Shown here: positions 27,680-41,191 of the stretch, piece by piece
How the letters are laid out: each line of letters starts with the position of its first letter
Position numbering within the stretch: the first letter of the stretch is position 1
DNA from: Octopus vulgaris
Taxonomy: Eukaryota
Reading direction: 5' to 3'
NCBI GenBank assembly: GCA_951406725.2
Contig: OX597825.1
Span: forward strand, 84,692,001 to 84,756,000
Length of the DNA: 64,000 nt
The notes under the pieces: model-generated
Databases searched by the model: none
Seen by the model: the letters and a program-made list of their open reading frames with translations, nothing else
Told to the model about the DNA's origin: nothing
Made by a program: the position numbers and the translations under genes

Positions 27680-29129
27680 GTGAGCGAATGTGAGATTGGG
27701 TTTGCATGTGTTGTTTAGAAATTTTAATAATTTAATCGTATACATGTAATGAAATTGGATGTTAATTACTCTTAGCTGTCACCGATATTGTCAGTAATTA
27801 TAAGATATCTAGAAAAGTTAATCTTTGTTGAAAAGAGGTAGAAAAAAAATTTACTTACATAACATTTTAATCTGATTTATTTCCATTCTGTTTACGTGGT
27901 ACACTTCTGTAGATTCACTGAGATAAACACATACATAAATACAAGCATACATATATACATATATATATATTAGAAGAAATGAGGTACTCAGAAATCTGGA
28001 TGGTTTTATATTTACAGATGTTTATTAGTGCTACATGTTTTTATAAATCATATATCACATTTGGCAATTCCGCACCGGAGGAACTGGCCTTCGCTTTTCT
28101 CTGACCGATGGAGACACAAGTGTGAGAATGTTACCCTTGATAAGTGTGTGACCACCCATGAGGTATTAAATAATTTCTGGTTTAGATTAACTCCATCTTC
28201 TTTAAGGTATTTTCGATGGAGTTGGTTGGTAAATAGAATCACCGATAGGTTGTACAACATAAAAGAAGACAAAATTAATGCGACAGTTTGCCATCAGTTT
28301 CCGTTTTCTCTCTCACCATCACAAGTTCACGTAGGTGCCACGCAATGGAATTGAACCTGCAATAGGGTGAAATTTGATATTTGAACTTAGCTGTCATAAT
28401 TGTATTTACCTTTTGTTTTTCTGTCGTCAGACTTTATAAATCAAATAGCTGTTATAAACTTAGGTCCATCAATATAACATATTTCGCTAATAAGTTAACT
28501 ACATTGAAATCAATGTTAGAAATCAAATTAATGATCAATAAAGTTATCTTCGATCTTATCAACTCTGCTTTGATTGTTACTTTTCTCCTTCTACTTGAGT
28601 TTCACGTTCTTCAATCATCTTCTATCTCTTATTATAATAACAACTTATAAATCTTTATTTCTTTGATTGAGCAGCGTTAGTTCATTAGCGTATTACATTA
28701 ATCAAAATCCAAATTACCTGATAAGGGTTTTGTCTCCTAACAGAATTTCTTCGTCACAACCTCCATACAAATTATCTGATGACAAAACACAAACACCATT
28801 ATTGCATTTCTATAAGTCTTTTGTTGCTGAGATACCATAATGAATGGGTCTGCAGAAGTTAACAGAAGTTAAGCACTTGGCTATTGCCGATGTGTATAGA
28901 GAAGACAGGAACTGGCTGAGATTGTTTACGCTTTGTTAGTCTCAGTATTAATGGATTTCACCATGGTTTTCCGCCGAAGTACCTTGAGAATATTTGTGTA
29001 CGACGAACAAGATAGTCAAGTGCATCATTGAAGATTCACACTCGCAATATCCAAGATGAATAACACATCCTTGCCGACACTCATACATAAATCTATTATG
29101 CATACATACACACATTGATATATATATAG

Positions 29130-29194
<65 letters not shown>

Positions 29195-29228
29195 CATATA
29201 TATATATATACATATATATATAGACATA

Positions 29229-29353
<125 letters not shown>

Positions 29354-29531
29354 TACATATATATATACACGCGTATATACATATATATAGGAGAGGTTAT
29401 GTGTGTATCTGTACATAGAGATACACACACACAAATACACACATACACAGTCGCATATATGAATATGTTTACATTTCATAATATGCGTAAAACTGAAGAA
29501 ACATATACATACAAACGCACACATTTATACA

Positions 29532-29580
<49 letters not shown>

Positions 29581-30099
29581 TTATATATGTGTATATGGAT
29601 ATGTGTGTGTATGTGTGTATGTGTATGGGTGTATGTGTGTATGTGTATGGGTGTATGTGTGTATGTGTATGGATGTATGTGTAGCTTATAACGTATGTCT
29701 CAATGAGATTTCTGAAGATATCCTAAGGCAATGACTTAGTATTTTACAGACACAAACTGCATCAATTAATATGTCTGCCGTGTGTATCATACTTCGTTTC
29801 AATTGAGTTCTGCCTGATTGCTTGACAGTATTGAAATGTTAATAACCTCCAAATGTTAATAACCTTGTTTGCGTTCGAAAGTCCTTTCAATATTTCATCG
29901 TATCGTATTCTATGTGTCTCCCTTCTACACAAAAACATAAATTGTGGAATAATGTGGATTGCTCGTAATGGGGGGCTCATGAGTTTAGTCCGACTACGCA
30001 TTATCTTCTGAATGTTTTTCACAATATTGCGTTGACTAAGTATTTATGAATGAAATTCCATCGACGGGAATTTTTTCAGAAGACAGTCGTTTATCTATC

Positions 30100-30191
<92 letters not shown>

Positions 30192-30750
30192 CACCAACAC
30201 GGCAAAAATTGCCGAAAATCTTCAAATTGCTCTTGCTACTGTTAATAGAATTTTGGTGCAATTCAAAAGACAAGGAAAAGTATCAACAGATTCTCGTCCC
30301 GGCCGACCTGGGCTCTCGGAAAAGAAGCTTCGCTGTTTGAAGAGAATTGTGGAAAACGAACCCCGTTCGAAGGCTTCTGACATTGCAAAGCAGTTAGAAG
30401 TTAGGCCCAGACGTGTGTTACATATCTGCATAGGCTTGGGTATTATGGATGAGCAGCTAGAAGAAAACCTCCCCTTCAACCAATTAATATCATGAAAAAA
30501 GAAAGAAATTGGCTAAGGAGATGTCAGAAATATCCAGTTCATTTTGGGATACAGTGATTTTCTCGGATGAATTCAGATTTGCAGTATTTTCAGACAGTGG
30601 ACGTGTTTGGGTCTGGAGGCTTTCCAATCAAGAATTTGATTTGAAACGACTCCAGCCAATTGTGGAACATGGCGGTATCTCGGTTATTGTATGGGGAGCT
30701 GTCACCAGAAATGAACGTTCTGAGCTGATCGAATGTGTTGGAACCACATA
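30192..30750 (+). pseudogene. Tc1-family transposase fragment, frameshifted
   Basis: HTH region with GRP motif (SRPGRPGLS), then [12 protein letters not shown] and [16 protein letters not shown] (first catalytic D and the KHGGG-V-VWG-type motif). Confidence 0.88.
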
Positions 30751-30813
30751 CTCCTATGTATGTATATATACATTCATGCATGCATTCCCTTCTCGGGATC
30801 TTTCCTTCTCCTA

Positions 30814-30850
30814 TGTTTCCGATGAAGAGCTCCTATCGAGACGTCAAACA
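30814..30850 (+). ncRNA. Degenerate minimal hammerhead-like motif in a short repeat ending at (TA)n (about 30755-30952)
   Basis: TGTTT-CCGATGA-agagctcctatc-GAGA-CG-TC-AAACA; stem I intact, GAAA mutated. Confidence 0.5.
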
Positions 30851-30947
30851 CTCCTTCTTCCCTTCTTTCCTGAGCGTCCAATAATACTTTATTTGTTCCA
30901 CGTCCTTGCGTTGTTCTTTTTTGGTTTTTGTTTTCTTGTTTGGATTA

Positions 30948-31007
<60 letters not shown>

Positions 31008-31026
31008 CATAGGTGTATGTATGTAT

Positions 31027-31129
31027 GAGGGAGCAGTGCATGCCATCAAAATGACACTGGGATACAAATATACGAAGTCCAGTATACCTATCATGACTAC
31101 CCGTCTGATAAGGGTACATCAGGCACATG
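31027..31129 (-). repeat. Interspersed repeat family C (inverse of part of 57390-57560)
   Basis: gagcagtgcatgccatcaaa..gactacccgtctgataagggtaca mirrors 57455-57556. Confidence 0.75.
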
Positions 31130-31872
31130 TATGTATGTATGTATGTATGTATGTACGTATGTATGTATGAATGTATGTATGTATGTGTGTTTATGTACGC
31201 AAATAACAATCGCTTCGGAGGAGAAGAGAACTAAATTCATAGACGCAAAATTGAGAAAACAGACATGGGTTGTGTTCAGAATCAATGTTATTCGATTGGC
31301 GATCAGTTAAGAAAGAGTTTATATTGGTAATATTTACACCGCTTTCGATGTCATTCTTTGTATAGCAGAAAGAGAGGCTGAGAGGGTAAGAGAATCTGGT
31401 AAAAGAAAGAAGACGGAAAAATTCACAAGTGCAATCTCAACGAAAGAAGCCAAATTTATATATGACTCGTCGCATATTGGTAAAACACTTCATAGATTTA
31501 AATTTTGTATTTCCTACCTGTCGGTCAAACAAAAACGTAAACATACTCGTCCTATGCTGTTGACGTCTGACTGGAAAAAGAACGGATGTGATTCTCTTGA
31601 CGAATCGTTTCAAGGTTTGTTTGTTGATTACTCAGATTCCTCCTTAAAATAATTAAAGCATCTCTTATATATATAGCAGTCATCAATTTATATATAAATC
31701 TGTGTGTGCTTGTGTATCTATCTCAATATGTATGTTAATATCTTTTGGTGCTTTGTGATGAGGAAAGCTGCCGGAATTATTAACAAATCCGAAAGCTATA
31801 ACTGTGGGTTCCGGAAGAAGTGGAGCTAAATATTTGGTCCACATCTCAGCCACTTCTTCACGTTTCTGTCTA

Positions 31873-32002
31873 TGAAATCCACTCACAAGGATTTGGCTGG
31901 TCCGAGGTTATAGTAGAGACACAAAGACTCAAGGGTCAGGGAGACTGAACTCGGAACCATGTGGTTGCGAAACCAGCTTTTACAGCACACCCTTGCGCTG
32001 CA

Positions 32003-32004
<2 letters not shown>
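31873..32004 (-). mobile_element. SINE family A, 5' half, diverged
   Basis: aatccactcacaagg..ttgg..ggtccgagg..ctgaactcggaaccatgtggttg. Confidence 0.8.
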
Positions 32005-32066
<62 letters not shown>

Positions 32067-32079
32067 CATGTATATATGC

Positions 32080-32112
<33 letters not shown>

Positions 32113-32142
32113 CATATATATATACATGTATATATGCATATA

Positions 32143-32186
<44 letters not shown>

Positions 32187-32201
32187 TGTATATATGCATA
32201 T

Positions 32202-32264
<63 letters not shown>

Positions 32265-32287
32265 ATGTTACATTACTCGGTAGTCAA

Positions 32288-32348
32288 GATAAAACTCTGA
32301 GTTTCAGATGCCGAAGTGGAAATCCACAACACCATCTCTTCGGTTATC
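32288..32348 (-). ncRNA. Hammerhead-like motif in the PLE 3' pLTR
   Basis: Minus strand: GATAA-CCGAAGA-GATG...CATC-t-GAAA-CTCAGAG-TT-TTATC; near-palindromic stem III (AAACTC-A-GAGTTT). Confidence 0.6.
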
Positions 32349-32544
32349 AGGCTATTTGAAAACGTTATGAAAAAATACCGTTAAAAATGAAGGGAAATTA
32401 CTCTGTTATAACTCTGCTTTGCCTGCGTACTTATACATCGCTCGCATTTTTCGTCATAAAAATTATATAAAAATACATAAAAATATATAAAAATATATAA
32501 AAAATATATAAAATCTTCTTGGGACATAACACAGAAAGCATGTT

Positions 32545-34293
32545 CTATCCGTTTTCTTTAGGGGACCAAAAACGTAACAGAAATTTAGTCACATGTGGGC
32601 ATAATCCGAAAAGCTCTGTCCTTGTATTTAGACATGTGGTAGGGTCTAAGCTGCTTTTCCAGATAAGCCATCTCTCCATGTCGCATAAACCGCACCTTCC
32701 GCTGCCGTTAGTGTAGGGCTTACATCTGGCCAAAATCTTCCATTGTATGTTATAATCGACACCTTTATCTCTTAAAGACCAAATATGATTGGATAATTGT
32801 GTCGCTTTTCTTTTGTTCCAGTGCCTAAAGCTCAAAGTGTGGTTATTGAACCTGGCCTTGAAATTACCCTCTGTCAGGCCCACGTATTTCTTCGTCGAAA
32901 CGGTGTCTTTAGTGGTTATAGAGTTTATGGTAGCTTCATATATGATGGTCTTGGACATGCAAGCTCCATTTAGCGGGCACAATTCTTTATTCCTGCATGA
33001 ACAGCTGTTTTCTTCTTGTGTTTTTTGTATGTTATGATTGATTATGTTTTTAAAATTGGTAGTTGAACTAAAACTAATTTTTAAATTGTGTCTATTGAAG
33101 AGTTTCCTATAAGCATGGTTAACTGGAAAATGTCTATCTATCAGTGCTAGGAAATATTTACCTATATTGAAGGCCACCTCGGGTGAGTAAGGGGGCGTAA
33201 ACCAGATGACCTTCCTATTTCTATTATTCCTTTTCCTTACTGTTGGGCTGGTGATAGGTGTATATTTTATTTTTTCGCTAAAACCACTATCTTTTAAAGC
33301 TTTATTATAAACTGGGGCAACGCTATTGAAGATGTCCTCATTAGATGAGAGGCTAGAAATCCTCTTACTAATATTTTTAACTAAATTTTTGAATACTATA
33401 GGGGGATGGCATGAACCTACATTAATATAACTTAGTCTATCATTGGGCTTCCTATAAGGCTTATAAATATTATTATTAAGATCTAAGGAAACGTCTAAGA
33501 AATTGACAACCGTCAGGTTAGTATCTATAGTTATACTAAGTCCGAAGTGTTTCATTAACTGGATAATATCCTTCCTAAAACGATCTTGTGCTGGTCCATT
33601 TGTATTAGCTGTTAAGGCGAGGGCATCATCTTTGTAGATGGCGAAATGTACGTTAGGGAATGTCTTACCGAAGGTATCTAGGAGAAAGAGTCCAATTAGA
33701 TCACAGATGCCTGCCCCATCATATGAACCCATGCTCACATCGAAAGCGCCCTCCGTGTCGGTGTTTTTTACCCACTTTGCATTCTCACTGAAAAGTAATG
33801 TCTTTCTAGCATGGAAGATTATATCCTTATCATTGGTACTAATTTCTATGAAGTCACTAGCGAAGATTAGGGCTTTATCTAGCAGTTCTTTAGAGATAGA
33901 AGCATAAAAATCAACAATATCGAATTGTGTAAACCTCGCTTTTTTCTTATTCTTAATAGCTTTAAACCAGTCTACGACTTCTATACTATTGGACCATTGC
34001 ACTAGTCTAGTATCGGTCTTAATTTTCGTATTTATTTTATCTAAAATTTATTTGCTAATAATCCCTAGTTCTGACTTGGCTGGGTTGATAAGCCTACATT
34101 TAGGGTTGGAAAGGAAGTTTTCTTTGTGATCTTTAATAGTAATAAAGGCCTCTTTTTGGGGGAGGGTTTCTATTTTTTTATCTAATTTAAGTTTAGCGGC
34201 GATGACGCTAGCTTCTTTATTAATTTCGTTATATGTCTGTGCCCTAGCCTTAGTATAATTATTAGTAATGCTGTTGTGTAAGAGTTGTGTGTA
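32545..34293 (-). pseudogene. PLE reverse transcriptase / GIY-YIG endonuclease ORF with one in-frame stop
   Basis: ORFs 34048-34311 and 32545-34002 are in the same frame (ISK*ILDKINTKIKTDTRLVQW). Motifs: KDHK, CRLINP, FDIVDFY, SMGSYDGA, YKDD, FLDVSLDL, YRKP, CSCRNKELC, IIYEA..YVGLT..FKARFNNH, CGLC..ER, LNTRTEL. Confidence 0.93.
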
Positions 34294-34436
34294 GGTGTTG
34301 TGGATTTCCACTTCGGCATCTGAAACTCAGAGTTTTATCTTGACTACCGATTAATGTAACATATTGTATAGATAAATTTCCTCTATTTACATAATATTGA
34401 GGTCTCTTTCTTTCTTTTGTTATCTTACCGTTTTAT

Positions 34437-34483
<47 letters not shown>

Positions 34484-34609
34484 CATATACATATATATAT
34501 TTATATACATATATATGTGTATATACATATATATGTATATATATATATGTATATATATATCCATATCTATCTATCTATCTATCTATCTATATATATATAT
34601 ATCTATATA

Positions 34610-34650
<41 letters not shown>

Positions 34651-35236
34651 GGGTATACACAATTATCTGAGTTTGAGGCAATGATCGATATCGTCTGCTT
34701 CGTTAGATTTATATATTTTAATTATTTAACGCATTAGAAATCGTTAGCTAAGTAGCTAAGTGTCGGTGTTTATGAGGCTTTCAATCTTTGAAGTTATTAC
34801 AGCGATGCTTTATTGCTAAGAAATGTTAGAAAGAACCATTTAGCGGAGATTAAAACGTTTTAAAATGTATAAAACTTGTAAATATTCTCCTGTGACACAC
34901 AATTTTCATATTGATATATAGTTTTTCAATGACATCATATAATTGATGTTTTACATTTTTGAAATGATGTTGTGACAGGCGTCGTGAAGTTGTTACAATT
35001 TGAATATATAATGGAAGTTATTGACCGTTTGCTCGGAGTATGAAGTAAACTCGTCCAACTGCTGCCTCATGGTTGATATGATGTGTATAAATAGCCAAAT
35101 GATGTGTATATATGATGTGTATAAATAGGCAACAGCAAATACCAGCTGAAAATAGTAACACTATGATGTTCGTTTCTTTGTATAGACACACGGAAATATA
35201 TTCTGGTATCTCTCTATTTGTCTGTCGGTCAATCTA

Positions 35237-35283
<47 letters not shown>

Positions 35284-35468
35284 ACGTATATGTCTGTCTG
35301 CCTGCCTGTCTATCTGTCTATCTACCTATCCATCCAGCTGTTCATCTATCCATCCGTCCGTCCGTCCATCCATCCATCCATCTATCTGTCTGTCTATCTA
35401 CCTATCCATCAATCCATCCATTCATCCATCTATCTATCCATCCATCCATCCATCCATATGTCTGTCTG

Positions 35469-35522
<54 letters not shown>

Positions 35523-35541
35523 ATATATACATACGCATGTA

Positions 35542-36793
35542 TTAGGTTGCCAACTAAGTTCCTGCGGTTTTTTTTAAAGGTTTAATAATAAATAACGACT
35601 AATTAATCAATAATGCATTCACCCTTGTTGCTTTTACAACTCCTTCCCAAAGTTCCACAATATTTTCAATTCCTTGTTGGTAGAATTCACCCGATTTCCA
35701 CTCGAAAAATTGATCAAACTAAGCTCTCAATTCTGCATCAGTATTGAACAAAGCTCCGTGCATAGCATTTGAAAGAGATCGAAAGAGGTGGAAATCCTTT
35801 GGTGCCAAATCAGGGTGTGGCAGCACTTCCCAGCCATGCGTTTGAATGGCTTCCTTGGTCATATTGGTAATATGAGGGCGGGCGTTGACGTGCAGCAGAA
35901 GAACTCTATGCTGCCGATTAAGTCTTTTATCTTGAGTAGCCGCGTTGAGTCGTTCCATCTGCTGAACATAGAGTTCTGCGTAAATCGTTTGGTTTCGTTC
36001 AAGCAAATCGTAATGGATAATTCCTTCCTAGTCCCACCATACACTCAACATCGTTTTTCGCCTGATGAAGAACTTGCTTCACGCGCGGTGTCGCTTGTTA
36101 CCGGGGATAAGCCATTCCTTATACTGCTTCATATTGATGTACAGGCACCATTTTCGTTGCCAGTAACGATTCGGTAAAGAAATCGTTGCTTGTGTCCATG
36201 AGTCGAACGGAGATGAACACGCAAACCAGAGGCGATTGTGACTCGTTGATTTTTGTTGTTGTCACTTAAAGCATGCGGCACCCATGCTCCATACTTCTGA
36301 AACTTTTCCAATGAGTGAAGATGCTTCTCTATAGCAGTGTGGGAGCATTCCATTTTCTCTGTGTGTTCCCTTGTCGTTTGACAAGAATTTTCGTGCAAAA
36401 GTTGGTTTAATCACTCTTCATCGAAATCAACTGGACAGCCAGAAAGAGGAGCGTCTTTGACGTCAAAATTTCCATTCTTGAACTTGGCATACCAATCACG
36501 ACCGGTTCTTTCAGCTATGGTACCCTCTCCATACTCAGCACAAATGTTGCGATCAGATTTTGCGGCCTTAGAACCTTGATTAAAAGCAAAAAGGAGGTGT
36601 CGAAAATGTTCATTTTTTTCTTAACTTGAAATTCCATTTTAATGATCTGAAAATAAACAAAAATTAACTAAATTTAACTAGAAAAAAACACACACAAAAT
36701 AGATTCCAAGATGATTCAAAAATAGAATTCTCGAAACTGAAAATAGATTCCAAAATTAAAAAAAAGACGGCGGGAACTTAGTTGGCTGACAAA
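35542..36793 (-). mobile_element. Full-length degenerate mariner; transposase pseudogene about 35603-36637
   Basis: TIRs ttaggttgccaactaagttcc / gggaacttagttggc, with TA at the left end. Translation gives HFRHLLFAFNQG, WYAKFKNGNFD, GAWVPHALS, RIVTGNE, LLHVNARPH and PDLAPKDFHLFRSL, with stops and frameshifts. Confidence 0.92.
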
Positions 36794-38249
36794 ACTGCGT
36801 GATACGTTTTTGTCTCACAAGAACATCGAATATGACTGTTGTTCGTAAAGATCGGTTATTACAATGTTTTGCAGTGATTTATGTCTTTGAGGAGACAACA
36901 TAACGCCCAGATAGATTAAAATTTTCATCCTCTACACTTTAGAAAATTTTGCGCATTATTATTATTATTATTAATAATAATAATATTAGAGGAATTATAT
37001 ATTAATTTATCTATTATCAAGGGCATTGTTATATATATGTTATGTGTGTGCGTGTGCGCGCTTTTGTGTGTGTGTGTGTGTGTGTTTGTGTGTGTGTTTG
37101 TGTGTGCGCGTGTGTATGTGTGTCCGTATGTGTTTGGACTAAGCCTTCATTTCTTCTACATGGCCGCAGTCCAATGACAAAAACAGGTCAAATCGAATAG
37201 AGAAAATATAGACGACAGATTAATTTCTCTGTGCATGACATTTGCTAACCTTTATAGCAGCAAATTAAAATACGATGACTGACCTACGTCAATACGTTTA
37301 CAGACATTTTTGCGTATATAAGGTCACGCTACTTCCATTCTTGAAATGGTTTAACAGTCGGCAACTCGAATCTCAAAGCTTCACTTTCTCTGTTCCTATT
37401 TTATTTTTTATTCTCTTTTAAATTTATTGTCTATTTTTATTTTTATTTGAGACTTGTATCCGTTGTTACCTGTGCTCATAGTTGTTTTGTTTGAGTAGTT
37501 TTTAGTCTTGGTGACAATCTATGTTCTTTTTGCAAAACTGAAGAATTTCTCTGTGACTGAGAAATTTTTCATCTCCTTGGTTTGCTTTTCATTCCTGTTG
37601 TTCCATATTTGTAAAGTCGTGTCTTCACTTCCTCGCTTTTACACATCTCCATTCAGCTGCATTATTCTTCGTTTCCTCACGTATTGCATTATTTACATTC
37701 TTCCCCACTTTCAATTCACTCCTAGACATTATTCCAGATATGTGTCACCAGTAGATCCATGAAACCTTTTTCTCAACTATGCAACAGCGATAAAAATAGT
37801 GTCTCTACATCAAAGAGCTTGTCTCCCAATATTAAATGTGTATAACCAAATCGTGTAAAAGAGAAAACCTTCAATAACTAGAGAATGAGAAGAAAAAATT
37901 ACTTACAAAATGTGATTCGACACATAAACTCTTTATCTTCTCACAATTTCAAAGGGAACTCTAACAAGATTTTAAGTGGCAAAAACCCCACACGTTCTTA
38001 CCAAAAATATGTTACAGTAAGCTATTTAAAGAGACGTGTAGCTTTAACTGCGGGTTTTGTCGTTAAAAATAAATCACCTACTTTATTCCCTGCTGATCAG
38101 GCTTGGAAAAGATGAAATGTATCCATGGCAACATGACTGTGGAGGAAGTTATATTGACATTTCCACATCATAATAGAAACAAATATTGCGTTATAGGAAA
38201 ATGGTAAAATAAGAGAAACCAAAGACAACCATTACAAATAATGTAATGG

Positions 38250-38436
38250 GGCGCAGGCGTGGCTGTGTGGTAACAGGTCTGCTTCCTAACCAACCACATG
38301 CTTCCGGGTTCAATGCCACAGTGTGGTACCGTGTGGAAGTGTCTCCTATTATAGCCTCAGACAGACCAAAAACTTTCAGTGGATGACAGGCACTTGCCCT
38401 ATACATACATACACACACACATGCACACATACGTAC

Positions 38437-38479
<43 letters not shown>

Positions 38480-38484
38480 CATAT

Positions 38485-38516
<32 letters not shown>

Positions 38517-38757
38517 GCATATATTTTTACATACATACATATATACATACATATATACAACCTCACGTATACACACGCATAGTATGTGCGCGCGCATTTA
38601 TGTTTGTGTTTGTTCGCCACCGTCGCTTCACAACTAGAGTTGGTGTGTTTACATCTCCATAACATAGCAGTACAGCAAAAGATACCGATAGAATAAGTGC
38701 CAGGTCAGACTGTACCACAGAAATAATAACTGCTGTTGTCGATTTGTTCAACTAAAA
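38250..38757 (+). mobile_element. SINE family A with expanded internal microsatellite
   Basis: ggcgcaggcgtggctgtgtggtaa head; 3' part tggtgtgtttac..accgatagaataagt. Confidence 0.8.
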
Positions 38758-38804
38758 TTCTTCAAAGCATTATGTCATGAAATCTGACAATATAACAGTT
38801 GTAA

Positions 38805-39203
38805 GAATTGTTTGTACTCTAGACACAAGGCCCGAAAGTTTCAGGAAGTGGACCAGTCTAATAGATCGACCCCAGTACGCAACTGGTTCTTCATTTATCG
38901 ATCCCGAAAGCATATAAGGCACTGTCGACCTCGGCAGAATTTGAACTCAGAACGTAACGGCAGACAAAATACCTATTTCTTTACTACCCACAAGGGGCTA
39001 AACACAGAGGACAAACAAGGACAGACAGACGGATTAAGTCGATTACATCGACCCCAGTGCGTAACTGGTACTTATTTAATCGACCCCGAAAGGATGAAAG
39101 TCAAAGTCGACCTCGGCGGAATTTGAACTCAGAACGTAACTGCAGACGAAATACGGCTACGCATTTCGCCCGGCGTGCTAACGTTTCTGCCAGCTAGCCG
39201 CCT
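38805..39203 (-). mobile_element. Composite SINE: B2 (38974-39203) joined to B1 3' part
   Basis: Junction gtaaagaaata|ggtattttgtc; whole unit flanked by 14-bp TSD tataacagttgtaa (38791-38804, 39204-39217). Confidence 0.9.
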
Positions 39204-40414
39204 TATAACAGTTGTAATAATTGATAAATGTTTGTATATAAATATATTATTAACACCTTAATTCTATGCAAATTTAGAAACACAATATTATCACTAATTA
39301 ACTATTGGTATCTACCAATCATATAAATCAATTTAATCCCGAAACAATAGTTAACGATTTTTGCGTTCACGTAATTAGCTAGAAATAGGAGCCAGTTCAC
39401 CCTCACAACTGTATCTGACCGTCTTTCACCGACACATCTGATAATGTAACTCAATTGGTGTCGTTTGAAAAATTAGAAGGGATAGTCACAAATGGACCGT
39501 CAGTGGTTTTATTTCTTCCGTTTTCTCTTGATTTAGGGCTTTTCATCTTCATCACCACCACTACCACCTCCACCACCATCGCAAAAGGAACAACCTCTTA
39601 CACATAGTAATATAGGTTTTTCTATATACTGAAATTCAGATTGTATTGAAATCGTATGTGTATTTTTTTTTTTTTACTTTTCCCATTACTTTATTTTGTT
39701 TACTTATTCACTACTTTATTCCGTTCATATTTTAGCTGTTAAATTAACCATTCTCCGAATAGCTATTCATCACCATTGTAATTCGGTTTAACGGCGTCTC
39801 TTTGCAATACTTCACAAATATTTCTTTCATATTATATATTAAGTTTATGTCTACATCGAAATATTAACCACTGCTTAAAGTTATTATTTTCAATTGAAAG
39901 ACTAAACAACTTGTTAAGAATACATGTAATATTCCACGACTATTTATTGATTCTATTAAAATACACCATATGTTAATGTCAGACGATATTGTAAAATACA
40001 TAGAAATTAATAAGTTGAGATTCGCTATTCGCAAACTAAATTTTTCATTTATTCTAAACTAGTGTAATTGGAATATTTTATATATACTACAAAATGAATG
40101 CCAAATAAATTCATACAAGAGAATAGAATTTCCTGGGGAAGATAAAATGAATGTAGATATATATGCATGTATGTATATACGTCTGTGTCATGTATATGTG
40201 CTGTGTGTAAGGTGTGTATAAGTAGGTATGCATGTATGTTCTGTTTTTGATTATTTGAAGTTTTCTTGTAAGGAAGAACTTGGTTACTCACTAAAATATC
40301 TTCTCACAAATATATCACACAAAGCACAATCGGTTGCTTGTTGGTAACAAAAGCAATATTAGAAAATTACTATCTGTAAAATTACTATCTGTAAGAGATA
40401 TTGAGCAACAGTAC

Positions 40415-40665
40415 TTTGGAGTATAAATTATTTGCCAACATAACACGGCAGTGCTGGTTTAGGACGAATGTTGCTGTAATTTAGCCTCAGGTGACATCGT
40501 CACGAGCTGGCTATACTACACGATCTGTGTCCTTATATTTTCGAACAAGGGAATCTATCTATCATAAAGTCAGCTGGAGACGATGTTTCCTCGGGCTAAA
40601 TTACAGCAACATTCGTCCTAAACCAGAACTGCCATGCTATGTTGGCAAATAATCTTTACTCCAAA
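40415..40665. mobile_element. Foldback/MITE-like element with arms of about 98 bp
   Basis: 40415-40512 is the approximate reverse complement of 40568-40665; spacer about 55 bp. Confidence 0.8.
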
Positions 40666-40913
40666 AGCAATATTACTTGTTGAGCTTTAGAAAATTCTTG
40701 TATATGTTTACTCTACGCTTACAAATTGTATTAATAATGTGACAGTTAGCTGGTTCCCATTTTTAAATGAAAACTGTAGCCTTTCTAGATTGTCACTTAA
40801 GCATTTACGCACAGAAGCAAGAATCCCTGTTATTAATGGCATTTTTGAAAGAAAAGCGGAGGGGCAAAGCAGCAGGAGAATTTAAAGTCCCTGTGTGCTT
40901 GTATGTATGTGTG

Positions 40914-40959
<46 letters not shown>

Positions 40960-41128
40960 AGTGCGTGTGCATTTGTTAGGAAGTTAAAGAATTAGGGAAA
41001 GTAATGCGGAGGGTGGGGTGATAAGTGGTGGGGCAGAAAAGGTGTGAATTGTAACTATTAGTCTAACCAGGTATTGCGAGGTGCACAAGAATGTGTGTTA
41101 AATAAATATATACGCGTGTATGTGAATT

Positions 41129-41191
<63 letters not shown>

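Larger units (their letters stand above)
32257..34440 (-). mobile_element. Penelope-like retroelement (PLE), 5'-truncated, with inverted partial pLTR, in (TA)n
   Basis: RT + GIY-YIG ORF; 77-bp inverted repeat 32257-32333 / 34294-34370 (1 mismatch) plus an extension of about 70 bp to 34440; (TA)n on both flanks. Confidence 0.93.
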
